64,000 nucleotides of DNA from an uncultured Chloroflexia bacterium (GTDB taxonomy: Bacteria; Chloroflexota; Limnocylindria; Limnocylindrales; CSP1-4), in NCBI GenBank assembly GCA_963712745.1, contig CAVQJC010000006.1, forward strand, positions 32,001-96,000. Reading direction: 5' to 3'. The notes below the pieces were generated by a model that worked only from the letters and a program-made list of their open reading frames with translations, had not been told where the DNA came from and made no database searches. Shown piece after piece: positions 1 through 9,878 of the stretch; positions within the stretch are counted from its first letter, which is position 1, and each line of letters starts with the position of its first letter. The translations under genes were made by a program, and so were the position numbers.

Positions 1-1060
1 GCAGTCCCACGAGTGGGAGAGATTCGCGGACCTGGAACAGGTACCCATCAGCCTCGGCAACAAGCGCCACGTGGTCCGTGTCGATGTCGATGGACCCCGC
101 CTCAGGGTGTACCTCGACGGCAAGAAGAAGATCGACCACCGCGACCGCAAGCCGCATCTCGCGGGCTCCATCGCCTTCGAGGCCCTCGACAATTCGACGG
201 TGTCGGTCGATGCGGTGCGCGTTCGGCGCAAGACTGGGCCCGCCCAGGCCTTGGTCGGGACCGCAGGTTACGGTGTCTATCGCCTCGGCACCTCAGGAGG
301 ACGCTGGAGCCATCTCGGGCGCTCGCTCGGGTTCGGCTGGTGGGCGCCGTGGGAGCGCCGCATGTACCAGTTCAGCTCGCTGCTCTTCGACCCGCTCGAG
401 AAGGGCACCGTCTACTACGGTCATTTCCCCGGCGGCTTCTTCGTCAGCCGGGACGGCGGCCGTACCTGGCGGGACTCGAGCGTCGGGCTCGGCAACGACG
501 GCATGTTCTCGCTGACGCAGCATCCGCACGATCCGCAGATCCTGTTCGCCGGCACCTACAACGGCATCGTCAGGTCGAACGACGGCGGCGCCACGTGGAC
601 GGACTCCAGCGAGGGCATGCCGCCCGAGCAGTGGCCCTACACCGTGGCCATCGATGGGGACGATCCCGACGTCATGTACACCTCCACCAAGAACGGGCAG
701 AACAAGGGCTTCTGCCAGCGCAACGCGACCTGCGGGGTCGTCATGAAGTCCACCGATGGCGGCAGGGCGTGGGATCCCATCATGTCGGGCCTCGACCCCA
801 TGAGCGAGTTCTACACGCTGCTCATCTACCCGCCCGATCACGACATCCTGTTCCTCAGCACCAGCCGTGGGGTCTACGCCAGCCCCGACGCCGGAGAGCA
901 CTGGCAGCCGCTGGTCGAAGGGCTACCGGCCACTGACAACCAGGTACGGGACAACGTGGCCGACAACCTGGCCCTGAGCGCGGATGGCGAGCACCTGTAC
1001 CTGGGCCTGGTCCGGCACGGCGTCTGGCGTGCGGACTTGACAGCATTGGCTGAGGGGTGA
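1..1060 (+). CDS. BNR/Asp-box beta-propeller protein (sialidase/VPS10-like), 5'-truncated by the window edge
   Basis: Frame is open from base 2. Repeated Asp-box motifs SRDGGRTW, SNDGGATW, STDGGRAW, SPDAGEHW. Confidence 0.8.
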   Translation, partial: QSHEWERFADLEQVPISLGNKRHVVRVDVDGPRLRVYLDGKKKIDHRDRKPHLAGSIAFEALDNSTVSVDAVRVRRKTGPAQALVGTAGYGVYRLGTSGGRWSHLGRSLGFGWWAPWERRMYQFSSLLFDPLEKGTVYYGHFPGGFFVSRDGGRTWRDSSVGLGNDGMFSLTQHPHDPQILFAGTYNGIVRSNDGGATWTDSSEGMPPEQWPYTVAIDGDDPDVMYTSTKNGQNKGFCQRNATCGVVMKSTDGGRAWDPIMSGLDPMSEFYTLLIYPPDHDILFLSTSRGVYASPDAGEHWQPLVEGLPATDNQVRDNVADNLALSADGEHLYLGLVRHGVWRADLTALAEG

Positions 1061-1099
1061 GTACACAGCCATCGGCATGAGCACGGTAGGGGCAACGAC

Positions 1100-2110
1100 G
1101 TGGATATCGAGGAATTCATCAAGTCCATCCCGAAGGCGGAGCTTCACCTCCACATCGAGGGAACGCTGGAGCCTGACCTCAAGTTCGACCTCGCCAGCCG
1201 CAACGGCCTCGAGCTGCCCTACGCCTCGGTCGCCGAGCTGCGGGCAGCCTACGACTTCGACGATCTTCCGTCGTTCCTGGCCCAGTACTACGAGGGCATG
1301 TCCGTCCTCCTGGTGGAGCAGGACTTCTACGACCTGGCCTGGGCCTACTTCGCAAGGGTCGCCGCCCAGAACGTCGTCTATGCCGAGCTGTTCTTCGACC
1401 CACAGGCGCACACCAGCCGAGGGATCGGATTCGAGACGGTCGTCACCGGCCTGCGGCGAGCCCAGCAGGAGGCTGAAGTCCGCTTCGGTATCAGGTCCCA
1501 GCTGATCATGTGCTTCCTCAGGGACCTCCCGGCCATATCGGCGGCCGAGACGCTGCAGCAGGCGGCGCCATACCGCGACTGGATCGTCGGCGTCGGTCTG
1601 GATTCCGATGAGAAAGGCAATCCGCCCCTCAAGTTCCGAGAGGTCTTCGCCGCCGCCCGCGCCCAGGGCTACCGGCTGACCATGCACTGCGATGTCGATC
1701 AGGAGGACTCGGTCAGCCACATCTGGCAGTGCCTTGACCAGATCGGCGTCGACCGGATCGATCACGGCGTGAACGCGCTAGAGGATGCGGCACTGACCGA
1801 CGAATTGGCGCGACGCGGTCTCGGCCTCACCGTCTGCCCGATCTCCAACTCCTACGTGACCGAGGGGACCAAGTCGCCGGAGATCAGGGCCCTGCTCGAG
1901 CGGGGCGTGCTCGTGACGGTGAACTCGGACGATCCCGCCTACTTCCCCGGCTATGTCGGCGAGAACCTCGCGACCCTGCAACGCGAGGCGCAGCTCACAC
2001 GGGACGAGATCGTCCGCCTCGTGCGCAACGCCTTCGCCGTCAGCTGGCTGGAGGAGCCTGACCGCAGGGCCTATCTCGAGCAGGTGGACAGATGGGTGGC
2101 CGCCCACTGA
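1100..2110 (+). CDS. add: Adenosine/adenine deaminase
   Basis: PKAELHLHIEGTLEP, YAELFFDPQAH, RIDHG, TVCPISN and NSDDPAYF metal-binding motifs. Confidence 0.93.
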   Translation: MDIEEFIKSIPKAELHLHIEGTLEPDLKFDLASRNGLELPYASVAELRAAYDFDDLPSFLAQYYEGMSVLLVEQDFYDLAWAYFARVAAQNVVYAELFFDPQAHTSRGIGFETVVTGLRRAQQEAEVRFGIRSQLIMCFLRDLPAISAAETLQQAAPYRDWIVGVGLDSDEKGNPPLKFREVFAAARAQGYRLTMHCDVDQEDSVSHIWQCLDQIGVDRIDHGVNALEDAALTDELARRGLGLTVCPISNSYVTEGTKSPEIRALLERGVLVTVNSDDPAYFPGYVGENLATLQREAQLTRDEIVRLVRNAFAVSWLEEPDRRAYLEQVDRWVAAH

Positions 2111-2204
2111 TTCGATCGTCGGTGGACACCAGCGGACGGATCCGTGGCTCCTGGTCAGGAGCAGGGTCAAGCGGCAGTCGTCCCGACCATACCGCTCGCC
2201 ATCG

Positions 2205-3434
2205 CTAGCTCCGCCTCGAAAGCCGCAGCCGCAACGCCGATGCCGTGATGTAGGCGGTGATGACCGAGATGCCGATCGGCGCGATGGCTTCCACCCCCAG
2301 CCCTACCGTGCCCACACCGATGAGCACGAAACTCACCGGGGCGGCGATGATCGCACCCGGCACGGCTGCGAGCATGCAAGCCACGGCGAGTCCGGTCGGG
2401 ATCTCCGGGATGGCAGCGTTGACGATGAGGCCGCTCGTGCCGCCGATGAACAGGATGGGGAAGACGATGCCGCCGAGGAACCCCGCCTCCTGGCTCAGCG
2501 CCACCGCCGCCATCTTGGCGAACAGGACGAGCAGGAGCAGGCCGATGCTGAGAGCAGGGGCGTGGTCGATCTCGTACACCAGTTGCGGGCTGCCACCCGT
2601 CGCGGTCAGTGGGACGGCGAATGCCAGCAGGCCGACCAGCGATCCCAACAGCACCGCCTTGAGGTAGGGATTCGGCAGCAGTCCTGCGGCCCTTCCCAGC
2701 AGACGTCGGACCACCGCATAGAGCACCAGGATCAGGGCTGAGAGGAGGCCCAGTGGCACGGCCGCAGCGAGGTGCCAGGCCTCGAAGGCGTAGCCGTCGA
2801 CGCCGAAGGAGTCGAGCATCTCTGTGCCGGTGACGCCGAAGAAGATGATGAAGCCGATGGTGGCCGCGATGAACTGCGGGATGATGGCAACCACGTACGC
2901 GTGCTTCGGCGTGGGCGACAGCTCGGACGTCATCACCGCCGCGAACAGAGGTGCCGCGAAGACCGCGCCGAGTCCTCCGGCCATGCCGGTCAGCGAGTAG
3001 GCCTTCCGCTCGCCGTCTTCTGCTTGGGGCAGGCGAGAGGCGATCCAGGCGGCGAAACCACCGCCTGAGACGATGACACCGAAGGACGGACCCAGGCTTG
3101 CGCCGGCGATGAGCGAGACGGCCGAGATCGCCACCAGCGAGAACGCACTCGACGGCTCCACCCAGCCGGCGCGGACGAAGGCGACGGCACCGGATATCTC
3201 GCCGTCGGCACGGGCCCGTACGCGGAGCCAGGTCACCAGGAGCGCACCAGCTCCGATCAGCGGGATCCACCACCACTGGCCTGAGAACAGGTCCGAGGTC
3301 GGCTCGCTGAAGAAGAGGTCGATGCCCCAACTCGTGAGGAGCGAGTAGGCCAGGGCGAACACCCCACCGGTGACACCGAGGCCCAGGGCCGCGAATAGGA
3401 GCCGCTGGTATGCACGATCGTCGAGCGGCAGCAT
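2205..3434 (-). CDS. ClC-family chloride channel/transporter (YfeO-like), gating Glu absent
   Basis: Multi-TM protein with GASLGPSFG, GMAGGLGAVFAAPL and GFLGGIVFPILFIG ClC-like motifs. Confidence 0.8.
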   Translation of the reverse strand: MLPLDDRAYQRLLFAALGLGVTGGVFALAYSLLTSWGIDLFFSEPTSDLFSGQWWWIPLIGAGALLVTWLRVRARADGEISGAVAFVRAGWVEPSSAFSLVAISAVSLIAGASLGPSFGVIVSGGGFAAWIASRLPQAEDGERKAYSLTGMAGGLGAVFAAPLFAAVMTSELSPTPKHAYVVAIIPQFIAATIGFIIFFGVTGTEMLDSFGVDGYAFEAWHLAAAVPLGLLSALILVLYAVVRRLLGRAAGLLPNPYLKAVLLGSLVGLLAFAVPLTATGGSPQLVYEIDHAPALSIGLLLLVLFAKMAAVALSQEAGFLGGIVFPILFIGGTSGLIVNAAIPEIPTGLAVACMLAAVPGAIIAAPVSFVLIGVGTVGLGVEAIAPIGISVITAYITASALRLRLSRRS

Positions 3435-3606
3435 GGAGGCAGGTTAGCCGAGCCGGCGGCCCCGGACCCGACGGTCAGGCCCACGGCGGCCCCAGCTCGC
3501 CCCTGCGGAGCCCAGGCTTGCCCTGCGGGCCGGAGAGCGGTTGCCGGCCCATGGCGTGGCCACGGAAACGTCTGGTATCGTCGGCCACTACCCAACCGCG
3601 AGAGTC

Positions 3607-4059
3607 ATGACCAGCGAAGACCTTCGACGACTGATCGCACCCCACGCGAATGACATCGGGGGCCCTGTCACCGCGCTCCGGATCCTCCAGCAGCACATCG
3701 GCTGGATCGACTCCGACGCGCTGGAAACGGTCGCGGACGTCTTCAACCTGAGCCGTGCAGAGGTCCGCGGCCTGGTCGGCTTCTACGCGGACTTCCGCAC
3801 CAGGCCCCCGGCTACCCACGTGGTCAAGGTCTGCCAGGCGGAAGCGTGCCAGGCGGTGGGCGCGCGGGAGCTGACACGAACCCTCTCCGACCGCCTGGGC
3901 ATCGCGCTCGGCGAGAAGACGTCAGACGACCGCGTCGGGCTCGAGCCCGTCTACTGCCTTGGGCTCTGCACGCACGGCCCGACCATGATGGTCGACGACC
4001 GACCGGTCGTGAGGGCCGATGCCGCTGCCGAGCGCATGCTGGACCAGATCCTGACATGA
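3607..4059 (+). CDS. fdsG: NAD-dependent formate dehydrogenase gamma subunit (NuoE-like, 2Fe-2S)
   Basis: NLSRAEVRGLVGFY, CQAEAC and VYCLGLC; first gene of the fds operon, ATGA overlap with fdsB. Start inferred. Confidence 0.88.
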   Translation: MTSEDLRRLIAPHANDIGGPVTALRILQQHIGWIDSDALETVADVFNLSRAEVRGLVGFYADFRTRPPATHVVKVCQAEACQAVGARELTRTLSDRLGIALGEKTSDDRVGLEPVYCLGLCTHGPTMMVDDRPVVRADAAAERMLDQILT

Positions 4060-5516
4060 GCGAACGCGCCTACGTCCCCAGTGAATCGGTCGCCCTCGCG
4101 CTGGGCGCTGGTGAGGTCGCTGGTGCCCTCGCCGCGGCCGGGACAGAGGTGACGCGCAACGGGTCCCGTGGACTGCTCTGGGCCGAGCCGATGGTGGAGA
4201 TCGAGCGCGACGGCCGCCGCACCGCGTACGGGCCGGTGGCCCCGGCCGATACGGACCGGCTGGACACCCGTGAGCTCGGCGCCGTGGAGGACCTCCTCGC
4301 CGGGCAGACGCGCGTGGTCTTCGGCAATTGCGGTGCCTACGAACCGACCGACCTGGACGCGTACCTGGCCCACGGTGGCTTCAGCATGCCCGACCGCGAT
4401 CCGCAGTCGATCATCGACGAGGTCGACAGCGCCGGGCTGCGCGGCTACGGCGGGGCCGGTTTCCCCGCCGGCCGCAAGTGGCAGACCGCGGCCGACACCG
4501 TGGCCGACCAGAAGTACATCGTGGCCAACGCCGACGAAGGCGACTCCGGCACGTTCTCCGACCGGCTCATCATGGAGGGCGATCCCTTCCTGCTCATCGA
4601 GGGCATGAGCCTCGCCGGCCGTGCCATCGGAGCCACCCACGGCGTCATCTACCTGCGCTCCGAGTACCCCGTGGCGGCAGACGTCCTGACGCGGGCGCTG
4701 GCCGCCGCGCGAGTCGGAGGCGTATTGGGCGAGCACTTCGACATCGACCTCTTCATCGGAGCCGGCGCCTACATCTGCGGCGAGGCGACCTCGCTGCTCG
4801 AGAGCCTGGAGGGCAAGCGCGGCGAGGTCCGCGCGAAGCCGCCGCCCATGGCGGTGCGCGGGCTCTACGGCAAGCCGACCGTGGTGAACAACGTCATCAC
4901 GCTGTGCGCGGTGCCCTGGATCATGCGCCACGGCGGGGTCGCCTACGCCCGGCTCGGTGTCGCCCCTTCGACCGGCACCATGCCCTTCCAGCTCGGCGGC
5001 AACGTCAGGCGCGGCGGTCTCTATGAGCTCGAGTTCGGGGTCACCCTCGGCGAACTCGTGGAGAAGTGGGGAGGTGGGACAAGGAGCGGACGACCTGTAC
5101 GTGCGGTGCAGGTCGGCGGCCCGCTCGGCGCGTACCTGACCCCGGCCCACTTCGACGTAGCCATGACCTACGAAGCGCTGCGGGAGGTCGGGGCGGAGAT
5201 CGGGCACGGTGGGGTCGTGGTCTTCGATGACAGCGTGGACATGGCCGAGCAGGCCCGCTATGCGTTCGAGTTCTGCGCCGAGGAATTGTGCGGCAAGTGC
5301 ACGCCTTGTCGCATCGGCTCGGTGCGTGGTGCGGAGCTGGTGCAACAGATCATCGACGACGGCCCGCGCGCCGACCGCCTCGCGCTGCTCGACGACCTGT
5401 GCACGGTGCTGGAGGGTTCCAGCCTGTGCGCGATGGGCAGCATGACGCCCAAGCCGGTGCGGAGCGCACTCGAACACTTCCCCCAGGACTTCGGATTGCC
5501 CATGGAGGGCCGCTGA
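4056..5516 (+). CDS. fdsB: Formate dehydrogenase beta subunit (NuoF-like, FMN/4Fe-4S)
   Basis: GLRGYGGAGFP, NADEGDSGTFSDR, GAGAYICGEATSL, CGKCTPCRIG, SLCAMG. Confidence 0.92.
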   Translation: MSERAYVPSESVALALGAGEVAGALAAAGTEVTRNGSRGLLWAEPMVEIERDGRRTAYGPVAPADTDRLDTRELGAVEDLLAGQTRVVFGNCGAYEPTDLDAYLAHGGFSMPDRDPQSIIDEVDSAGLRGYGGAGFPAGRKWQTAADTVADQKYIVANADEGDSGTFSDRLIMEGDPFLLIEGMSLAGRAIGATHGVIYLRSEYPVAADVLTRALAAARVGGVLGEHFDIDLFIGAGAYICGEATSLLESLEGKRGEVRAKPPPMAVRGLYGKPTVVNNVITLCAVPWIMRHGGVAYARLGVAPSTGTMPFQLGGNVRRGGLYELEFGVTLGELVEKWGGGTRSGRPVRAVQVGGPLGAYLTPAHFDVAMTYEALREVGAEIGHGGVVVFDDSVDMAEQARYAFEFCAEELCGKCTPCRIGSVRGAELVQQIIDDGPRADRLALLDDLCTVLEGSSLCAMGSMTPKPVRSALEHFPQDFGLPMEGR

Positions 5517-5517
5517 C

Positions 5518-8346
5518 ATGCGCTTGATCGAGCTCGACTACGGCACGCCCCCGAGCCTTGGCACCGGCACGGTGAACCTGGAGATCGACGGCGTCCCCGT
5601 GGAGACGACCGAGGGCACGTCCATCATGCGCGCCGCCACGGAGGTCGGCATCTCCATCCCCAAGCTGTGCGCGACGGACAGCCTGCGCTCGTTCGGCTCC
5701 TGTCGCATGTGCATGGTGGAAGTCGAAGGCCGGCCCGGGTTCAAGGCGGCCTGCACCGAGCCCGTGCGCGAGGGCATGCGGGTCCGCACCCAGTCCGAGG
5801 CCGTCGCCAGGCAACGGCGCGGCACGATGGAGCTGTACATCTCCGATCACCCGCTGGATTGCCTGACCTGCTCGGCCAACGGTGATTGCGAGCTGCAAGA
5901 CGTGGCCGGAGCGGTGGGCCTGCGCGAGGTGCGCTACCAGGAGCCGGTCACACACCTGGACGCCGAGACGGATGGGTCCAACCCGTACTTCGACTTCGAC
6001 CCGTCCAAGTGCATCATGTGCTCGCGCTGCGTGCGCGCCTGCGACGAGGTCCAGGGCACCTTCGCGCTCACCGTGCTCGGGCGCGGGTTCGACGCCAAGA
6101 TCGCTACCGGCGCGGTGGACTTCATGTCGTCCGACTGCGTCTCCTGCGGCGCCTGCGTGCAGGCCTGTCCCACGGCCACGCTGATGGAGAAGTCAGTGGT
6201 GGAGCACGGCGTCCCGGACCGCACGGTGCTGACCACCTGTGCCTACTGCGGCGTCGGTTGCTCGCTCAAGGCCGAGCTCAAGGGCGACCAGGTCGTGCGC
6301 ATGGTCCCCTACAAGGACGGCAAGGCCAACCACGGGCACGCTTGCGTGAAGGGCCGCTTCGCGTGGGGCTATGCCAACCACAAGGACCGCGTCACCTCGC
6401 CCATGATCCGCGACGCCATCGACCAGCCCTGGCGAGAGGTCTCGTGGGAGGAGGCCATCAGCTTCGCCGCGGCCCGCCTCAAGGCCATCCAGGCCGAGCA
6501 CGGCAAGTTCGCGGTCGGCGGCATCACTTCCTCTCGCTGCACCAACGAGGAAGTGTGGCTGGTGATGAAGCTGGTCCGGGCAGCCTTCGGCAACAACAAC
6601 GTCGACACCTGCGCGCGCGTCTGCCACTCCCCCACCGGCTACGGGCTGAAGCAGACATACGGCACCTCCGCGGGCACCCAGCATTTCGACTCCGTCACCG
6701 GGGCCGACGTGATCATGGTCATCGGTGCCAACCCGACCGAGGCCCATCCGGTGTTCGCCTCCCAGATGAAGCGACGGCTGCGCGAGGGCGCGCGGCTCAT
6801 CGTCGTGGACCCTCGCCGCATCGAGCTCGTGCGCTCACCCCACGTCGAAGCCGATGTGCACCTGCCGCTCCGGCCCGGCACCAACGTGGTGCTGATGAAC
6901 GCGTTCGCCCACGTCATCGTGAGCGAGGGCCTGCTCGACGATGACTTCGTGGAGACGCGCTGTGACATGGCCTCGTTCCGCGAGTGGCTCGAGTTCGCCG
7001 CGCGTCCCGAGCACGCCCCCGAGGCGGTGGCCGACGAGATCGGTGTGCCCGCAGCCGATATCCGCGAGGCAGCCAGGCTCTATGCCACCGGCGGCAACGC
7101 GGCCATCTACTACGGCCTCGGCGTGACCGAGCACAGCCAGGGTTCGACCATGGTCATGGCCATGGCCAACCTGGCCATGGCCACCGGCAACATCGGCCGC
7201 TTCGGTGTCGGCGTGAACCCGCTGCGTGGGCAGAACAACGTGCAGGGCTCATGCGACATGGGTTCGTTCCCGCACGAGCTGCCGGGCTATCGGCCGGTGA
7301 CCGATGACGCGGTGCGCGCCACCTTCGACCAGCACTGGGGCGTGCAGCTCCACGACGAAGCCGGCTACCGCATCCCCAACATGCTCGACGCGGCGGTGGC
7401 CGGGACCTTCAAGGGCATCTACATCCAGGGCGAGGACATCGCCCAGTCGGACCCCAACACCCAGCACGTGGAAGCGGCGCTCCAGTCCATGGAGTGCGTC
7501 ATCGTGCAGGACCTGTTCCTGAACGAGACGGCCAAGTTCGCCCACGTCTTCCTGCCCGGCTCGTCGTTCCTGGAGAAGGACGGCACCTTCATCAACGCCG
7601 AGCGGCGCATCAACCGCGTCCGCCCCGTGTCTAAGCCGCTGACGGGCAAGGCCGAGTGGGAGGTCACGCAGGACCTGGCCAACGCGCTCGGGTACCCGAT
7701 GCACTACGAGTCCGAGTCGGAGATCCTCGATGAGATCGCCGCCCTCACGCCCTCGTTCGCCGGCGTCTCGTTCGACTTCCTCGACGAGCACGGCAGCGTG
7801 CAGTGGCCCTGCAACGAGGATGCGCCGGAGGGCACGCCCATCATGCACGTGGACGAGTTCGTGCGCGGCAAGGGCATGTTCATCCTCACCGACTACCAGC
7901 CCACCGAGGAGCGCGCCAACCGCAAGTTCCCGCTGTTGCTCACCACCGGGCGCATCCTCAGCCAGTACAACGTCGGCGCCCAGACCCGGCGCACCGACAA
8001 CATCCGCTGGCTGGAGCAGGACGTGCTCGAGATCCATCCGGCCGATGCGGAGCTGCGCGGCGTCCATACGGGCGACCTCGTCTCGGTCCAGAGCCGCAAG
8101 GGCGAGATCACGCTGCCGGCGACCATCACCGAACGAGTCGCGCCCGGTGTCGTATACACCACCTTCCACCATCCAGACACCGGCACCAACGTGGTCACCA
8201 CGGAGCTGTCCGACTGGGCCACCAACTGCCCCGAGTACAAGGTCACCGCGGTCGAGGTGCGGCCGGCCAGCCACCGGTCCGAGTGGCAGGAGGGGTTCGT
8301 CGTCCGCGCCGCCGAGCAGGCCGCTCTGGCGCCCGGGGACCGCTGA
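5518..8346 (+). CDS. fdsA: Formate dehydrogenase alpha subunit (Mo-bisPGD, Cys-ligated)
   Basis: N-terminal 2Fe-2S, HxxxCxxC and ferredoxin clusters; TCAYCGVGC; catalytic CARVCH; PLRGQNNVQG; TNCPEYKVTAV. Confidence 0.95.
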   Translation: MRLIELDYGTPPSLGTGTVNLEIDGVPVETTEGTSIMRAATEVGISIPKLCATDSLRSFGSCRMCMVEVEGRPGFKAACTEPVREGMRVRTQSEAVARQRRGTMELYISDHPLDCLTCSANGDCELQDVAGAVGLREVRYQEPVTHLDAETDGSNPYFDFDPSKCIMCSRCVRACDEVQGTFALTVLGRGFDAKIATGAVDFMSSDCVSCGACVQACPTATLMEKSVVEHGVPDRTVLTTCAYCGVGCSLKAELKGDQVVRMVPYKDGKANHGHACVKGRFAWGYANHKDRVTSPMIRDAIDQPWREVSWEEAISFAAARLKAIQAEHGKFAVGGITSSRCTNEEVWLVMKLVRAAFGNNNVDTCARVCHSPTGYGLKQTYGTSAGTQHFDSVTGADVIMVIGANPTEAHPVFASQMKRRLREGARLIVVDPRRIELVRSPHVEADVHLPLRPGTNVVLMNAFAHVIVSEGLLDDDFVETRCDMASFREWLEFAARPEHAPEAVADEIGVPAADIREAARLYATGGNAAIYYGLGVTEHSQGSTMVMAMANLAMATGNIGRFGVGVNPLRGQNNVQGSCDMGSFPHELPGYRPVTDDAVRATFDQHWGVQLHDEAGYRIPNMLDAAVAGTFKGIYIQGEDIAQSDPNTQHVEAALQSMECVIVQDLFLNETAKFAHVFLPGSSFLEKDGTFINAERRINRVRPVSKPLTGKAEWEVTQDLANALGYPMHYESESEILDEIAALTPSFAGVSFDFLDEHGSVQWPCNEDAPEGTPIMHVDEFVRGKGMFILTDYQPTEERANRKFPLLLTTGRILSQYNVGAQTRRTDNIRWLEQDVLEIHPADAELRGVHTGDLVSVQSRKGEITLPATITERVAPGVVYTTFHHPDTGTNVVTTELSDWATNCPEYKVTAVEVRPASHRSEWQEGFVVRAAEQAALAPGDR

Positions 8347-8354
8347 TCGCTCGC

Positions 8355-9227
8355 ATGCCGCTCGTCCGCCCCACCGCCGATGCGCCGGCCGGGGTCGCCG
8401 CGGTCGAGGTGGACGTGGTGGCCCACGGTGCCGTGGAACGACGTACCGACTTCGTGACCATGGAAGAACCGCTGGAGGTCAGGCTCGTCCACGGCCCCGA
8501 GGACGAGCGCGCGCAACGCAGCGTAGCGGTGACCATGCGCACTCCCGGTGATGACCTGGCGCTGGCGCTCGGGTTCCTCCACGGAGAAGGCGTGGTGCGC
8601 TCGATGGCGGACGTCACCTCCATCGACCTCGTGAGCGAGCCGGGCCGCGAAGGGGACACCCAGAACATCGTCCGGGTCGAGCTCGCGCCGACGGCGGTCT
8701 TCGACCCGGACAGGCTCACGCGGAACGTCTACACCACATCGAGTTGCGGGGTCTGCGGCAAGGCCTCCCTCGAGGCGGTACGGGTCCAGATCCCCGACTA
8801 CGCTGGCCGCGACAGATTCGCCATCGGCTACGGGGCCCTTGGCGCGCTGCCGGAGCTGCTGAGGGGGGAACAGGAGGCCTTCGCTCATACCGGCGGGCTC
8901 CACGCCTCGGCCACCTTCGACCCGAACGGCCAGATCGAGAGGGTCGCCGAGGACGTCGGCCGGCACAACGCCCTCGACAAGCTCGTCGGCAGCTACCTCT
9001 CGGACGGGGCGCTGCCGCTCTCGGGGCTCGGGCTCGTCTTCAGCGGCCGCGCCAGCTTCGAGCTGGTGCAGAAGGCGGCCATGGCCGGGTGTCCCTTCGT
9101 GGCCGCCATCGGACCTCCATCGAGCCTCGCGGTGGAGCTGGCCGCTGAGCAGCGTATGACGCTCGTCGGTTTCCTGCGTGCGCACCGCTTCAACGTGTAC
9201 ACGCTTCCCCATCGCGTCCTCGTCTGA
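8355..9227 (+). CDS. fdhD: Formate dehydrogenase accessory sulfurtransferase FdhD/FdsC
   Basis: EEPLEVR, TMRTPGDD, SSCGVCGK, TGGLHAS, EDVGRHNALDKLVG. Confidence 0.95.
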   Translation: MPLVRPTADAPAGVAAVEVDVVAHGAVERRTDFVTMEEPLEVRLVHGPEDERAQRSVAVTMRTPGDDLALALGFLHGEGVVRSMADVTSIDLVSEPGREGDTQNIVRVELAPTAVFDPDRLTRNVYTTSSCGVCGKASLEAVRVQIPDYAGRDRFAIGYGALGALPELLRGEQEAFAHTGGLHASATFDPNGQIERVAEDVGRHNALDKLVGSYLSDGALPLSGLGLVFSGRASFELVQKAAMAGCPFVAAIGPPSSLAVELAAEQRMTLVGFLRAHRFNVYTLPHRVLV

Positions 9228-9240
9228 GCCCCATCGAGCG

Positions 9241-9855
9241 ATGCGCTCCGACGACATCACCGCCATCGTGCTGTGCGGCGGCTCGGGCACCCGCCTCGGT
9301 GGCGTTGACAAGCCCACGGCCCCGATCGAGGGTCATCCGCTGGTCGAATACGTGATCGCCCGGCTCACTCCCCAGGTGGGCGGGGTCGTCATCAGCTGTG
9401 GCCGCGATGCGGCACCGTACGAGGCCCTGGGCTACACGACGGTGGCCGACGTGCGCCCGGGTGACGGGCCGCTGGGCGGCTTCAGCAGCGCTCTCCCCTT
9501 CGTCCAGACCGACTGGATCCTGGCGCATCCCGGCGATGCCCCGTTCGCCGACACCTCGCTGGTCGAGCGACTGGCCCCGGCCGCCGAGGCCGATGGCGTC
9601 GCAGTGCCCCGAGCCGGCGGCTACCGCCAGAACCTGGTCCTGCTCATCTCGCGCCAGAAGGCAGCAGCGCTAGCTCGTTTCTACGAGGGGGGCGGCCGGG
9701 CCGTGAAGGACTGGCTCGACGGAGAGCGAGTGGAGAGCGTGGACATGACCGACGTGGCCGACTCGTTCTTCAACGTCAACACAGCTGCCGATCTGGCGGA
9801 GGCCGCGCGGCGGCTCTCGCGCGGATTGGGGGGCGGCGCTCGTCGAGCAGGCTGA
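9241..9855 (+). CDS. mobA: Molybdenum cofactor guanylyltransferase
   Basis: LCGGSGTRLGGVDK, GPLGG, FFNVNT; lies in the FDH operon. Confidence 0.9.
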   Translation: MRSDDITAIVLCGGSGTRLGGVDKPTAPIEGHPLVEYVIARLTPQVGGVVISCGRDAAPYEALGYTTVADVRPGDGPLGGFSSALPFVQTDWILAHPGDAPFADTSLVERLAPAAEADGVAVPRAGGYRQNLVLLISRQKAAALARFYEGGGRAVKDWLDGERVESVDMTDVADSFFNVNTAADLAEAARRLSRGLGGGARRAG

Positions 9856-9878
9856 TCTCTCTCGACCTCAGGCCGGGC

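Noticed and set aside
5518-8346. Selenocysteine recoding in FDH alpha
   Set aside because: The active site is Cys (CARVCH) and there is no in-frame TGA.
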